A stretch of 64,000 nucleotides of DNA from NCBI GenBank assembly GCA_963666975.2, contig CAXVYR010000004.1:2048001-2112000 (forward strand), written 5' to 3'. Origin of the DNA: Terriglobia bacterium. GTDB lineage: Bacteria > Acidobacteriota > Terriglobia > 2-12-FULL-54-10. The position numbers and the translations under genes were made by a program. Below are positions 54,220 through 63,794 of this stretch, piece by piece; the stretch's first letter is position 1; every line of letters starts with the position of its first letter. The notes beneath the pieces were generated by a model. It had not been told where the DNA came from and did not search any database. It was given only the letters and a program-made list of their open reading frames with translations.

Positions 54220-54520
54220 CTACTCATTATACAGCCTTTTTGCTCGCAACCGGAGCCGCCTCTCACGCCTCCGGGGCCCGATTGGGGCCCGGTTGGAAAC
54301 CTCGGCCCGGTCGAGCTTTTTCACCGCGTCTATTTTATTCTTGTCAGCTGTGTGTGCATAGCGCGCGGTCGTGGTTATTTTAGCATGGCCCAGTAATTGT
54401 TGCACCGTGATCAGGTCCACGCCCTGCAGGACAAGCCGGGTGGCAAATGTGTGCCGAAGATCGTGGAACCGAATATGAGCAATACGGGCGATGCGAACCG
54501 CTTTTCGGAACCCCTTTTTG
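54220..54520 (-). pseudogene. Tyrosine integrase C-terminal catalytic fragment, truncated by IS6
   Basis: FHDLRHTFAT..LLGH..TARYAH (HxxR, H, Y). Confidence 0.88.
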
Positions 54521-55315
54521 GGCATTGTCAAGTTAACGGCGCGAAGGCGTTTTGCCCTGGAGATCGTCCGAGGTTTCTACTTTTCAGCAGGCACACGTCG
54601 CCGTCTTCCAGTCAGTGAAAGCTCGCTCCCGCAGGAGTCGATGATGGATCGCTTTGAGATGATGACGTGCGACCCGGAACAGGTTGTGAATCGGGCCGTG
54701 GACCGAGAGGAATCGTTGAAGCTGTGCCGCTGATTTGAATCGACGCATCTGGCGTTCCTGCTCTCTGGTGTGCTGGTGCTAGACTTCAGCTCGGTTGTTT
54801 TGGTATTGCCCGGTTCGATGGGTGACGGATGGGAACACCTCTCGGTGCGCAGCCGGATAGGTCCGCAGCTTGTCGGTAACAAGTTGCAGCGGTGGCCTCT
54901 CTTGGTGCTTCAACACCTTGCGAAAGAAGCGCTTGGCGGCTCTCTTGTCTCGGTGGCGTGTGACCAAAATATCCAGGACATCGCCGTCCTGGTCCACCGC
55001 TCTCCAAAGATAATGCCGCTCGCCGCGGATCGTGATGAACAGCTCGTCCACATGCCAGATGTCACCGAGACGACCTTGTCGCCGCCGCAGAGTTCGGGCG
55101 TACTCCGGTCCAAACTTCCGGCACCAAGATCGGATGGCTTCGTAGGACACCGTGACGCCACGCTCGGCGAGAAGGTCCTCGCAATCGCGAAAGCTGAGCG
55201 TGAACCGATGATACAGCCAAACGGCATGGCTGATGATTTCGGGTGGAAACCGGTGCCGTCGATACAGTGATCCCATCGGTCGATTGTCGCCGACGGACGT
55301 TAACTTGACAATGCC
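54521..55315 (-). mobile_element. IS6-family element; transposase has an in-frame TAG at 54779
   Basis: Perfect 18-bp inverted repeats ggcattgtcaagttaacg; HRFPPEII, WHVDE, YLWRAVDQDG; frame resumes HQHTREQERQM after the stop; no target duplication. Confidence 0.93.
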
Positions 55316-55675
55316 GTCTCCCCCGTTCCGCCTCGATTTCGGCCCATTTCTCGGCAGGCATTAGCGCCACGGCCTGCCAAATAACCGGCGGGTATTCCTC
55401 TCGCCAATCTGCCATATTTCCTCTAAATCAGAGCGCCCGCTCTGCGACGTACAAATCGTGAAGCCAGGGATACTTCTTTTTCGCGGCGTCCAGTCCTGCC
55501 TCAAAATTTCCAGTAGACAGCGATTTTGCAATTTCGTCATAAAGGTGCCCGTAGTTACTGAAGCCCAGCTTTTGCAATTTCTTCCACCGGTCACAGGCAA
55601 CTGGGGGTATACTCGCAACCGGTACAGAGTGAAAAACTAATTCCGGTTATATTGAAAGTTGTTTTCCATCCTTTC

Positions 55676-55820
55676 TTGAAGGTTGAACGGCGGTTCGGCC
55701 GGAATCGAATAGGACTCGGTGCCAAGTTAGAAGGAGAACCGCCGAATGAAGGGAAAATATCACGTTTTGGAACTGGGTTGAAGCAGAAGTTTTCAACGGA
55801 CAGATGCTGTTCGGTGGTGG
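55676..55820 (+). mobile_element. 5' remnant of the IS256-like element
   Basis: Matches 58616-58796 with small deletions. Confidence 0.75.
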
Positions 55821-55965
55821 TTTGTTCTAAATCTGGAATAACTACCGCGAGGTTAGGTGCCTTTTTCCAGAAGGAAATTGGGACGAGACAGCAACAGCAG
55901 GTGTAGGAAGCATCCCACGCCGTGCTGGAGGCGCTGAAGCACGCCAGCCGGCCAGGGGAGGATTC

Positions 55966-57471
55966 ATGCGCGTACCGGTACCGCTCGTCATCCTGATAGT
56001 CCTGGCGTTCTGGGCTGCCGGCGCGATGCACGCGCAAATCAGCAATCCGATTGCGGAACCGATCGTCAAACGTGGACTGAGCGTCGAGATCCGGGAGATC
56101 GCGCGCCTGCCCGATACGAGCGAGCTATACCCCGCCGATCTGGACCGTGGCGGGTGGGCGCGCGTCAACTATGTCCGCGACCTGGCGGACGGTCGGCGTT
56201 TCGCCAACGACTCGCGCGGTTTCCTGTACCTGCTCGACCGCAACAACCAGCCCTCTCTGTACGCCGACATCGGGGCCGCCTTCCCGCTCTCTTTCTACGA
56301 CACCCTGGTGGGTGGGTTCATCGGTTTCGAGTTCCACCCGGAATTTGCGCAGAACGGGTTGTTCTACACGTCGCATATCGAGCGGGCGATGAGGAATCCC
56401 GCGACGCCGGACTTCATTCCGCCGGGGTTCACGCAATCCGATGTCAACTTTCACAGCGTCATCACGGAATGGCGCGCGACAAACCCGGCGGCGACCGTCT
56501 TCGAGGGTACCCGGCGGGAATTGCTGCGCGTCGGACATGTCGTCGAACGTATTGGCCATCCCATCAGCCACCTCGAGTTCAATCCTACGGCCCAACCCGG
56601 AGACCCCGACTACGGTCTGCTCTACACGAGCGGGAGCGATTTCGGATTCGGCAACGGCGGAGGGCCGAATGCGAACAATCCCGGCCAGACGCAGCGCCTG
56701 GACACAGTGGCCACCGCCATCCTGCGGATCGATCCGCGGAGCCCGTCCGAGTCGGGAGGGACCAAAGGACTCGGAGATTACACGATTCCACCGATCAACA
56801 AATTCGCCGCGGACGACGACCCCGAGACGCTTGGGGAGATCTACGCCTACGGCTTCCGGAACGCCCACAAGCTCTCGTGGGACCTCACCGACGGGACGAT
56901 GTTCGCCTCGGATATCGGCGAGAGCAACATCGAGGAGATCAACATCGTTCGCGAAGGCCTTAACTACGGCTGGATGCAGCGCGAGGGGTTTTTCGATAAC
57001 GGCGTGACGAGGCCGGGCGGAGTGCTCAACCAGGTATTCCCGCTGCCGGCGGAGATTCTGAACGGGCAGAGCCAGGACGGGTTCACGTACCCCGTGGCGA
57101 TCTACGATCACAACGACGGGCAGTCCGTGACGGGTGGTTTCGCCTACCACGGGCGCATTCCCGCACTCCGTGGCAAGTTCGTGTTTGGTGACATCGTGCG
57201 TGGACGTCTGTTTGTGGCCGACCTCGCCGCGATGAAAGAGGCGGATGACGGGATCCCACAGACTGTAGCGCCCGTCGAGGAGATCCAGCTTTACGTACGC
57301 GACGCCAGTGGCAACCGCACGTATGTCACGCTCCGGGAGCTCGTGGAGGCAGCGATGGGCGCAACGGTCACTCGCGCAGACCTGCTAATCAGTCGCAGCG
57401 GCAACGGCGAGATCTTCATCACGTCGAGGCAGGACGGCATCATCCGGATGCTCGTTACGGATTCCGACTAA
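55966..57471 (+). CDS. Glucose/sorbosone dehydrogenase-family (PQQ-dependent-like) beta-propeller, secreted
   Basis: Signal peptide; GFEFHPEF, EIYAYGFRNAHKLSWD, EEINIVREGLNYGW, SVTGGFAY. Confidence 0.85.
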   Translation: MRVPVPLVILIVLAFWAAGAMHAQISNPIAEPIVKRGLSVEIREIARLPDTSELYPADLDRGGWARVNYVRDLADGRRFANDSRGFLYLLDRNNQPSLYADIGAAFPLSFYDTLVGGFIGFEFHPEFAQNGLFYTSHIERAMRNPATPDFIPPGFTQSDVNFHSVITEWRATNPAATVFEGTRRELLRVGHVVERIGHPISHLEFNPTAQPGDPDYGLLYTSGSDFGFGNGGGPNANNPGQTQRLDTVATAILRIDPRSPSESGGTKGLGDYTIPPINKFAADDDPETLGEIYAYGFRNAHKLSWDLTDGTMFASDIGESNIEEINIVREGLNYGWMQREGFFDNGVTRPGGVLNQVFPLPAEILNGQSQDGFTYPVAIYDHNDGQSVTGGFAYHGRIPALRGKFVFGDIVRGRLFVADLAAMKEADDGIPQTVAPVEEIQLYVRDASGNRTYVTLRELVEAAMGATVTRADLLISRSGNGEIFITSRQDGIIRMLVTDSD

Positions 57472-57488
57472 CACTTGCACGGTCGATC

Positions 57489-57628
57489 TGACCTGTCCGG
57501 CCCTTTTAGTACTACCTGAAGTGAGAGAAAATCTCATAAAGACGGCCATCCGCATTGGGTTCCGCTCCACACGGTGGTAATGGCCCAGGGACTAACATAG
57601 AATGTGGACCAACAACCGAGGCTGGTCA
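57489..57628 (+). mobile_element. ~140-bp IS407-like mini-element (ends only)
   Basis: Starts tgacctg, ends ctaacatagaatgtggaccaacaaccgaggctggtca, resembling 32027-32065. Confidence 0.65.
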
Positions 57629-57855
57629 TGCTGATACCACCAACAGTCGGTTGCGGAAGCACCCATTCTGGCCATGTTCTACCTCTCCACAGTCTAGGGA
57701 AATAGAGGTCCGCACTCAACCGTTTGACGGGGTAGGCTATACGAAAGGGAAAAGTGCTACACCCCCTGGAGGAGCCACACGCCCAATTGGTCAAGGTGCA
57801 CACTAAGAGGGATAACTGCTGGTCAAGTTTGTTGATTTGATTTTCAAATAGATAA

Positions 57856-58030
57856 TTGACTTTTGGGGCAAGCGATGAGTATTATTCTATTTTGTAAGGC
57901 AACGAAGGATACAGACAGAGACCCATCCTCTGTCTGTAATTTAGCCATCTCTCACCACGCAAGGGCGTGGGCTAAACAAAGCGATCCCAGAAAAAAGGTG
58001 AGATGCACCTAGAAGGGGTTTCTTTTGTTT
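57856..58030 (+). promoter_or_regulatory. Promoter plus structured 5' leader
   Basis: TTGACT-18 nt-TATTAT; 11-bp hairpin 57910-57938; further stems covering the SD-like AGAAGGGG. Confidence 0.5.
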
Positions 58031-58204
58031 ATGCCTGCGACCCGCCGTCCGAAAAATCATGACAATTCAACCCAGATTGAATTTCATCTTCGTATCCCAC
58101 ACGATAGCGATCATCGCTTCCTAATCTGGCTTCTCCGAGTCGTGCTGCTTATTGCAGGGAGTGTGTATGCAGGGAAGGAGATTTGGAAGATTCTATCAGG
58201 ATGA
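58031..58204 (+). CDS. 57-aa peptide with one hydrophobic segment
   Basis: MPATRRPKNHDNSTQIEFHLRIPHDSDHRFLIWLLRVVLLIAGSVYAGKEIWKILSG*, translated by hand. Confidence 0.5.
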   Translation: MPATRRPKNHDNSTQIEFHLRIPHDSDHRFLIWLLRVVLLIAGSVYAGKEIWKILSG

Positions 58205-58596
58205 CTCTGCTTGCTTCATCACTTTGCGAAGTTTGAAAAAGTGAGGCCAACACAATTCTCCAATCCGACAACGGTTTCTCAATTTGCTCCAGGTGTCTTC
58301 ATTCCGACTCCTCCAGGAAAAACTCACTGGAAGTCTTGTTGCATTTGTCGGGATGGCGGGGGGGCAATTCATTTCTTGCCCCGCTTTCGAAGCACTTAAT
58401 CAGGTTTAAAAACAAATTCCCACGCCAAACGGTTGACGGGGATGACCACTATACCCCCCCTTGAAAGTTGGCCCACCGCCGGCATAAACCGCAGGTTTCC
58501 GCACCTTGCCCGTCAGCCTGAGTTTGGTTTCCTCTACCTCGACGCCGCGCAATTCAGAGTCAGCAAAGCGTCGCTCTGGCCAGACAGTTAGCGGCG

Positions 58597-60045
58597 TGTC
58601 CTGTCCCATACATAGTTGAAGGTTGAACGGCGGTTCGGCCCGAATCGAATAGAATCGGGCCAAGCCTAAATCCTATAGAAGGAGAACCGCCGAATGAAGG
58701 GAAAATATCACGTTTTGGAACTGGGTTCCAAGGGAGCCGAAGAAACCATCCAGAAGTTTTGCCAAACCAACGGACAGATGCTGTTGCCGGTGGTGGATCT
58801 GATCACGGAGGCGCGTCTGGCGGTGGATGAGGTGATTGATCGGGCCGGGCGAGGTTTGATTGAAACGATTCTGAGCATGAGCGCAGAGCAAATCGCGGGG
58901 CCAAAGAGTCCCGGGAAGGCGAGCGGAGAGGTGCGCTGGCATGGCCGGCAATTGGGGAGGGTGAAACTGGCCGATCGCCAGCTGCGGGTGGAGCGGCCCC
59001 GGCTGCGCCGGAAGGGCGGAGGGGAAGAAGCGGTGCCGGCCTACGAAGCGCTGCGGAAAAGCGAGAAGACGGGCGAGGAGATGTTCGAGGCACTGTTGAA
59101 AGGGGTTTCGACGCGGAACTACCGCGAGGTGATCCCGGAGATGGCCAACAGCGCTGGGGTGTCGAAGTCTCAGGTGAGCCGGGAAGCGGCCGAGCAAGGA
59201 GCGCGGCGGCTGGAAGAACTGTTGGCGCGGCGCTGGGAGGAGGTCGAGATTCTGGTGATTTACCTGGACGGAATGCGGTTCGGCTCCCACCACGTCATCA
59301 GCGCCGTGGGCGTGGACATCGAGGGCCGCAAGCATGTGCTGGGGATTCAACTGGGCGCGACCGAAAACGCCGCTGCGGTGAAAGACCTTCTCACCCGCCT
59401 GCGCCAGCAAGGTTTGCGCACGGATCAGCGCTATCTGTTTGTGATCGACGGCGCCAAAGCGCTCCGCGCGGGGATCGAGGAAGTATTCGGCAGCAATCAG
59501 CTGGTGCAGCGTTGCCGTACTCATAAGCTGCGCAACGTGGCTGAGCGGTTACCAAAGGGCGACAAAATGCTGGCGAATCAGGTGCGGTCGCTGATGCGCG
59601 CCGCCTGGCGATTGCCCCAAGCCGAGGAAGGCATCGTGCGCATAAAAAAGCTCGCTGGGATGATCGAGTGCGATCATCCGGCAGCAGCCGCCAGCTTGCG
59701 CGAAGGGTTGGAGGAGACCTTTACGATCAATCGAGCCGACGTTCCTCCCAGCCTCCACCGCTGCCTGGCAACCACGAACCTCATCGAGAGCCCGCAGTCG
59801 GGCGTGCGGAAAAAGACTGGCAATGTTTGCCGCTGGCGCGACGGCGAGATGACGTTGCGCTGGGTGGCAGGAGCGTTTCTGCTGACCGAGAAGAATTTCC
59901 GGAAGATCATGGGTTATCACGATCTCTGGGCTTTGGCATCGATTCTCGGCCGAAGTCCAAACGCTGCTTCCTCTCACAAGGAGGAAGTGGCGTAATATGA
60001 ACTCAACCCGCCGTCCCAACCTGCAACTGAGTTTGGGACACCTTC
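58597..60045 (+). mobile_element. IS256-family element
   Basis: Imperfect inverted repeats tgtcccatacatagttgaaggtt / aacctgcaactgagtttgggaca; degenerate duplication ttagcggc / ttagctgt. Confidence 0.88.
58694..59995 (+). CDS. IS256 transposase (intact)
   Basis: GVSTRNY, YLDG, VIDGAKAL, QRCRTHK, TTNLIES. Confidence 0.93.
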   Translation: MKGKYHVLELGSKGAEETIQKFCQTNGQMLLPVVDLITEARLAVDEVIDRAGRGLIETILSMSAEQIAGPKSPGKASGEVRWHGRQLGRVKLADRQLRVERPRLRRKGGGEEAVPAYEALRKSEKTGEEMFEALLKGVSTRNYREVIPEMANSAGVSKSQVSREAAEQGARRLEELLARRWEEVEILVIYLDGMRFGSHHVISAVGVDIEGRKHVLGIQLGATENAAAVKDLLTRLRQQGLRTDQRYLFVIDGAKALRAGIEEVFGSNQLVQRCRTHKLRNVAERLPKGDKMLANQVRSLMRAAWRLPQAEEGIVRIKKLAGMIECDHPAAAASLREGLEETFTINRADVPPSLHRCLATTNLIESPQSGVRKKTGNVCRWRDGEMTLRWVAGAFLLTEKNFRKIMGYHDLWALASILGRSPNAASSHKEEVA

Positions 60046-60738
60046 TTAGCTGTTGTGGTTGCGAAACTACCCACTCTGTTTCTATAGCGCCTTCAACAAT
60101 CGGCCACTTGGCGATTCGGATGAAGGGCACCTCCTTAAAGTGATCAATATCCAATTTGTGAATTGGTTCGGGATGAAGCAAACCGACTATGCGGTCTTCA
60201 GTGTCGTAAATGCCAATCAGGAGGATTGCAGAAATACTCTGTCGGCAAGGAATAATTCTGTTTTCAGTCTCATGTGGTTTGAAAAACACTGAGTTATCAA
60301 GGTCGGTGGTTAACGTCCACCTTGCGTTCGCCACACCAACAGGAATCCTGATACGCGGTTCAGAATTCAAGAGCCACTGAGCAGACATGGTGTCTAGCAG
60401 GAAGCTAACAGCTTGGTGCGCTGTCGCGATTGCCAAAACAGTTGGATGAGGATAATCCGCTAATTGTTTTGCTTTTTGTATTGCCTTGCGTGTCAACAAT
60501 TTGGTTATTTGGCTAAACGCAAATGCGCGTCTATCATCGATCTTGGTAGGGATTCCAGAACGGCGTGCAACCGTCTCTGGTTGCATTACCGTAACTTCGA
60601 CAGAGAATTCTGCGGTATTAGGTGGCCTGCAAATGAAATCTATTCCGCCGGTTCCTGGGATGTCGCTTGGCTCAGGGCGCAAACGGAAGTTATTCTTCAA
60701 AAGTGCAAACACTGCTGCTTCCGCCATTGCCGCTTGGC
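60046..60738 (-). pseudogene. PD-(D/E)XK-like hypothetical protein cut by ISs at both ends
   Basis: Lower-GC open frame; AEAAVF..GGIDF..VEVT spacing; likely tail at 58406-58595. Confidence 0.45.
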
Positions 60739-60811
60739 TGTACGTCGTCAGATAATGTTGGACACAGAGCATAAAAAGATAAGGTGGCGTTCAGGCTCCT
60801 CTGGGTTGATG

Positions 60812-61795
60812 TTAGGCTGCCCTTCTTTTGAAGTGCAACCGTTTTCTTAAGATCATAGTTTTCTCTTTGATGCGATCCCGTTTTTGCAGGATGGCACTGC
60901 CTTGGCCTGTAAAAACGTCATACGGTGTCAGGTTGTTCAGGCTTTCATGGTATCGGTTGGTGTTGTAGTGGTTGACGAAGGCATCGATCTGCCGCTCCAG
61001 CTCTTCTGGCAGGTAATAGTTGTTGAGCAGGATGCGGTCTTTCAGAGTTCGGTGCCAGCGTTCGATCTTGCCCTGCGTCATGGGGTGATAGGGCTTGCCG
61101 CGAGTATGCGGCACGCTGTTTTCTGCCAGCCATGATTGCAGTTCGGAAGAGACGTAGCACGGCCCGTTGTCGCTCAGGAGGCGAGGTCTGTGCCGGGCGC
61201 CCACGCGGTCGAGGCCGGTGGCTTGCAAAGCATCCCGCAACGTGGCCGAGACGTCACTTGCGCTCATGGTTTTGCACAGCCGCCAGGCGATGATATAGCG
61301 CGAGAAGTCGTCCAGCACCGTGGACAGGTAGAACCAGCCCCAACCGATGACTTTCAGGTAGGTGAAGTCGGTCTGCCAGAGCTGGTTGACCGCCGTGGTC
61401 GGGTTGGCGAACCGTTCCGCCGCTTTCAGGACAATAAAGGCTGGCGCGGTAATCAGGTCATGGCTTTTCAGGACGCGGTAAACCGTCGATTCAGAAAGGT
61501 AATACCGCCTTTCCTCGGTAAAACGCACCGCCAGCTCGCGTGACGACAGATCGGGCTCGGCCAGGGCTAACGTCACCAACTGCTGAGTTATCTCCTCCGG
61601 CACCTTGTTCCAGACAGGGCCAGGATCGGGTTTTTTGTCTTCCAGCCCATCAAAGCCTTCCGACACATAGCGGTCGTACCAGTTGTAAAACGTCGATCTG
61701 GGAATGCCAACCTGCTGCAGCGTCCGGCGCACCCCCAGGGCAGATTGCTCCACCGTGCAGATGATCTCCAGCTTCTCCGAGGCAGGGTATCTCAT
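60812..61795 (-). CDS. IS3 transposase OrfB (DDE)
   Basis: WQTDFTY, LSDNG, QGKIERWH. Confidence 0.92.
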   Translation of the reverse strand: MRYPASEKLEIICTVEQSALGVRRTLQQVGIPRSTFYNWYDRYVSEGFDGLEDKKPDPGPVWNKVPEEITQQLVTLALAEPDLSSRELAVRFTEERRYYLSESTVYRVLKSHDLITAPAFIVLKAAERFANPTTAVNQLWQTDFTYLKVIGWGWFYLSTVLDDFSRYIIAWRLCKTMSASDVSATLRDALQATGLDRVGARHRPRLLSDNGPCYVSSELQSWLAENSVPHTRGKPYHPMTQGKIERWHRTLKDRILLNNYYLPEELERQIDAFVNHYNTNRYHESLNNLTPYDVFTGQGSAILQKRDRIKEKTMILRKRLHFKRRAA

Positions 61796-62163
61796 GTATG
61801 TTCCTCCCCATCCCCGATCACGCTTTTTTTTAGCAGGCGATTTTCCAGCATAGCCTCGGCCAGGGCCTCTTTCAGCTGTACGGCCTGCTCCCGCAGAGTC
61901 TTGACTTCGCCACTGGTTGCCTCACGGTCTATGTCGCCCGCCAGCCGCTTGCGGCCAGCCTCCAGAAACTCCTTGCTCCAGCGGTAATACTGGTTCTGGT
62001 GCAGCCCCTCGCGGCGGCACAGCTCCGCGATGCTGTCCTCGCCGCGAAGTCCCTGCAATACAATGCGGATTTTGTCTTCCGGGCTGAACCTGCGCCGCGT
62101 CCTGCGTTTGATCTCCCGGACGGCCTTCTCGACCGCCCCCCTGTCGTCTTGTTTTTGTCTCAT
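61792..62163 (-). CDS. IS3 transposase OrfA
   Basis: SIAELCRREG..YYRWSKEFLEAG; A-rich slippery site near the end. Confidence 0.9.
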   Translation of the reverse strand: MRQKQDDRGAVEKAVREIKRRTRRRFSPEDKIRIVLQGLRGEDSIAELCRREGLHQNQYYRWSKEFLEAGRKRLAGDIDREATSGEVKTLREQAVQLKEALAEAMLENRLLKKSVIGDGEEHT

Positions 62164-62250
62164 CTTCGTTCCTTTCAGTCTCTACGATGAGCCAAAAACA
62201 TCACCTTAACTATTACCCTCTACCTGTCCAACAAGCCCTGACGGGGCACA

Positions 62251-63064
62251 GCTCCATGAAATCACAAGCCAAGCTATCACGCGCCTTTGTGTCAACGTGA
62301 GCCATACCCAGGCCCGGATCGAGTCCGAGGGCGGCGGCTGCTAAACGGGCCTCTGATTCGAGGACTGCATATAGATAATTCAGGATCGCATTGGGCGGAT
62401 TCACCGCGAGACGCGGTGAGCCTGACAGTGGTGACTGGCGCGTGCCGAATAGACGCCAGTGATCGGGTACGCGTTTGATATCACACCTCGGAAACATGAC
62501 TGGCAGATTACGCCACGCGGACCAGTAAGCGGCTGCTGCCCGTGCTTCGAGCCGCCGGGTTGCTTCGATTGATTCGGCTGTGATGACTTGCTTCCGGGCT
62601 GATGCAATTATTCCCGCAGCCGTCGAATCGTGAAGATGCTCGCGGGCAACCCGCTCCTGTCCGGCTAGCTTCTGACAGATCAATTCGCGAGTAATGTGTA
62701 ACGCCATTCCAGACACATGGGCACAGGCTTGAGCGCGCCGCAGCCGTGCATCGGAAGAACGGACCGGGCCTGTCGTGGCGAGTACCGAACCGTCACGTTC
62801 TAGCATTACGAATGACGCGTCTTGATCGGCTAGCCAGCGGAGTGCCGCAAGCGACACCATTCCATCGGAGCCGATCACGACTAAACGACGGAGGCCGTGT
62901 CCAACCCGTGGGAGGCGTGCTTCTCGCCGGTCAGCACCGATACCGTCTTTCAGTATCAGGTGACCGCGATCAACGCTAGCTGCAATCCCATACCCATAAA
63001 GCGTCACGACTCCCCGTTTTGGTACGGACAATGTAGCCGCGAGTCTGCTAGGAAGGGACATCAT
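62251..63064 (-). pseudogene. cas1: Stand-alone Cas1 (casposase-like), 3'-truncated by IS3
   Basis: LYGYG..VDRGHL, VSLAALRWL, LEARAAAAYW, PNAILNYLYAVL, GLDPGLGMAH, SLACDFME; AAGGAGG RBS. Confidence 0.85.
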
Positions 63065-63636
63065 TTTTCCCTCCTTCCTCGCGTCCCGGAAACGGTCTTC
63101 TTCCTCGCCAGAAATCGTGCCATGCGAACCTGCTGTGCACAGGTGTCGCCGCAGTAAATCTGCTTTGGACGCTGAAATAGGAAGAACTGTCGACACTCCG
63201 CTCGTTGACACACCCGCAGCCAGGGAGCAACTTCCGTGAGCAGCTCGAAGACGCGCGTGATGAAAAGTTTCGCGGGATCGCGAGAACCTACGCGGACTGC
63301 TCGCCCACGAGATCGATCCCAAATAATCCCGTCCCCATCAAAGGATAAATCATAAAGAATATCCGGTGGACCAGAGCGCATGAAGGGTTCACCGCTACGG
63401 ATTTGATTCAGGCCCCATCGAAGCAAGTTTACAATCGACTCAGCCCGGTTGCCCTTCAGCAAACCCCAGCGGACCTGCCCGGTGATGCCCGGGTTAGAAA
63501 CCTCAAGGAACTTGTTGATCGCTTCAATCCTAGCTCCAGTGGCAATATTGGGGCCTTTGTCGTAGAGCTCCATCAACAATGTGAACTGCATCTGGGCTTC
63601 GATACTTGGCCGCAGCGGTCTCCCTGAGACAGGCAT
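63061..63636 (-). CDS. CGNR-type zinc-finger protein
   Basis: C-terminal LRVCQRAECRQFF..QIYCGDTCAQQVRMARF; AAGGAGG RBS; stop overlaps the cas1 start (ATGA). Confidence 0.75.
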   Translation of the reverse strand: MPVSGRPLRPSIEAQMQFTLLMELYDKGPNIATGARIEAINKFLEVSNPGITGQVRWGLLKGNRAESIVNLLRWGLNQIRSGEPFMRSGPPDILYDLSFDGDGIIWDRSRGRAVRVGSRDPAKLFITRVFELLTEVAPWLRVCQRAECRQFFLFQRPKQIYCGDTCAQQVRMARFLARKKTVSGTRGRREK

Positions 63637-63794
63637 GCATCCTCCTTCGTGATTACGAGAGATCACTTCTGGACACACTATATCACTTCGCCAAAACGGA
63701 GTCAAGGGAATATATGGACACATTACTTATATCCGTTGACAGCGTTGACACGCTCCTGGTACGCTCCAACAATGCCCGAACAGGAGGGCCTGTA

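Larger units (their letters stand above)
60739..62250 (-). mobile_element. IS3-family element
   Basis: Inverted ends tgtacgtcgtcagataatgttggaca / tgtccaacaagccctgacggggcaca; no target duplication. Confidence 0.9.

Noticed and set aside
54220-54531. Intact small recombinase ORF
   Set aside because: Its start codons come from the IS6 inverted repeat; the N-terminal domains and first catalytic Arg are missing
55316-55640. Two minus-strand gene fragments (..YPWLHDLYVAERAL* and MADWREEYPP..)
   Set aside because: Too short and bounded by IS sequence to assign a function
59549-60772. 407-aa ORF as one real protein
   Set aside because: Chimeric: it starts inside the IS3 end and its last ~165 codons are antisense IS256
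62213-63322. 369-aa ORF as the full Cas1
   Set aside because: The 5' extension overlaps the zinc-finger gene and the RBS points to 63064; the last residues come from IS3 sequence
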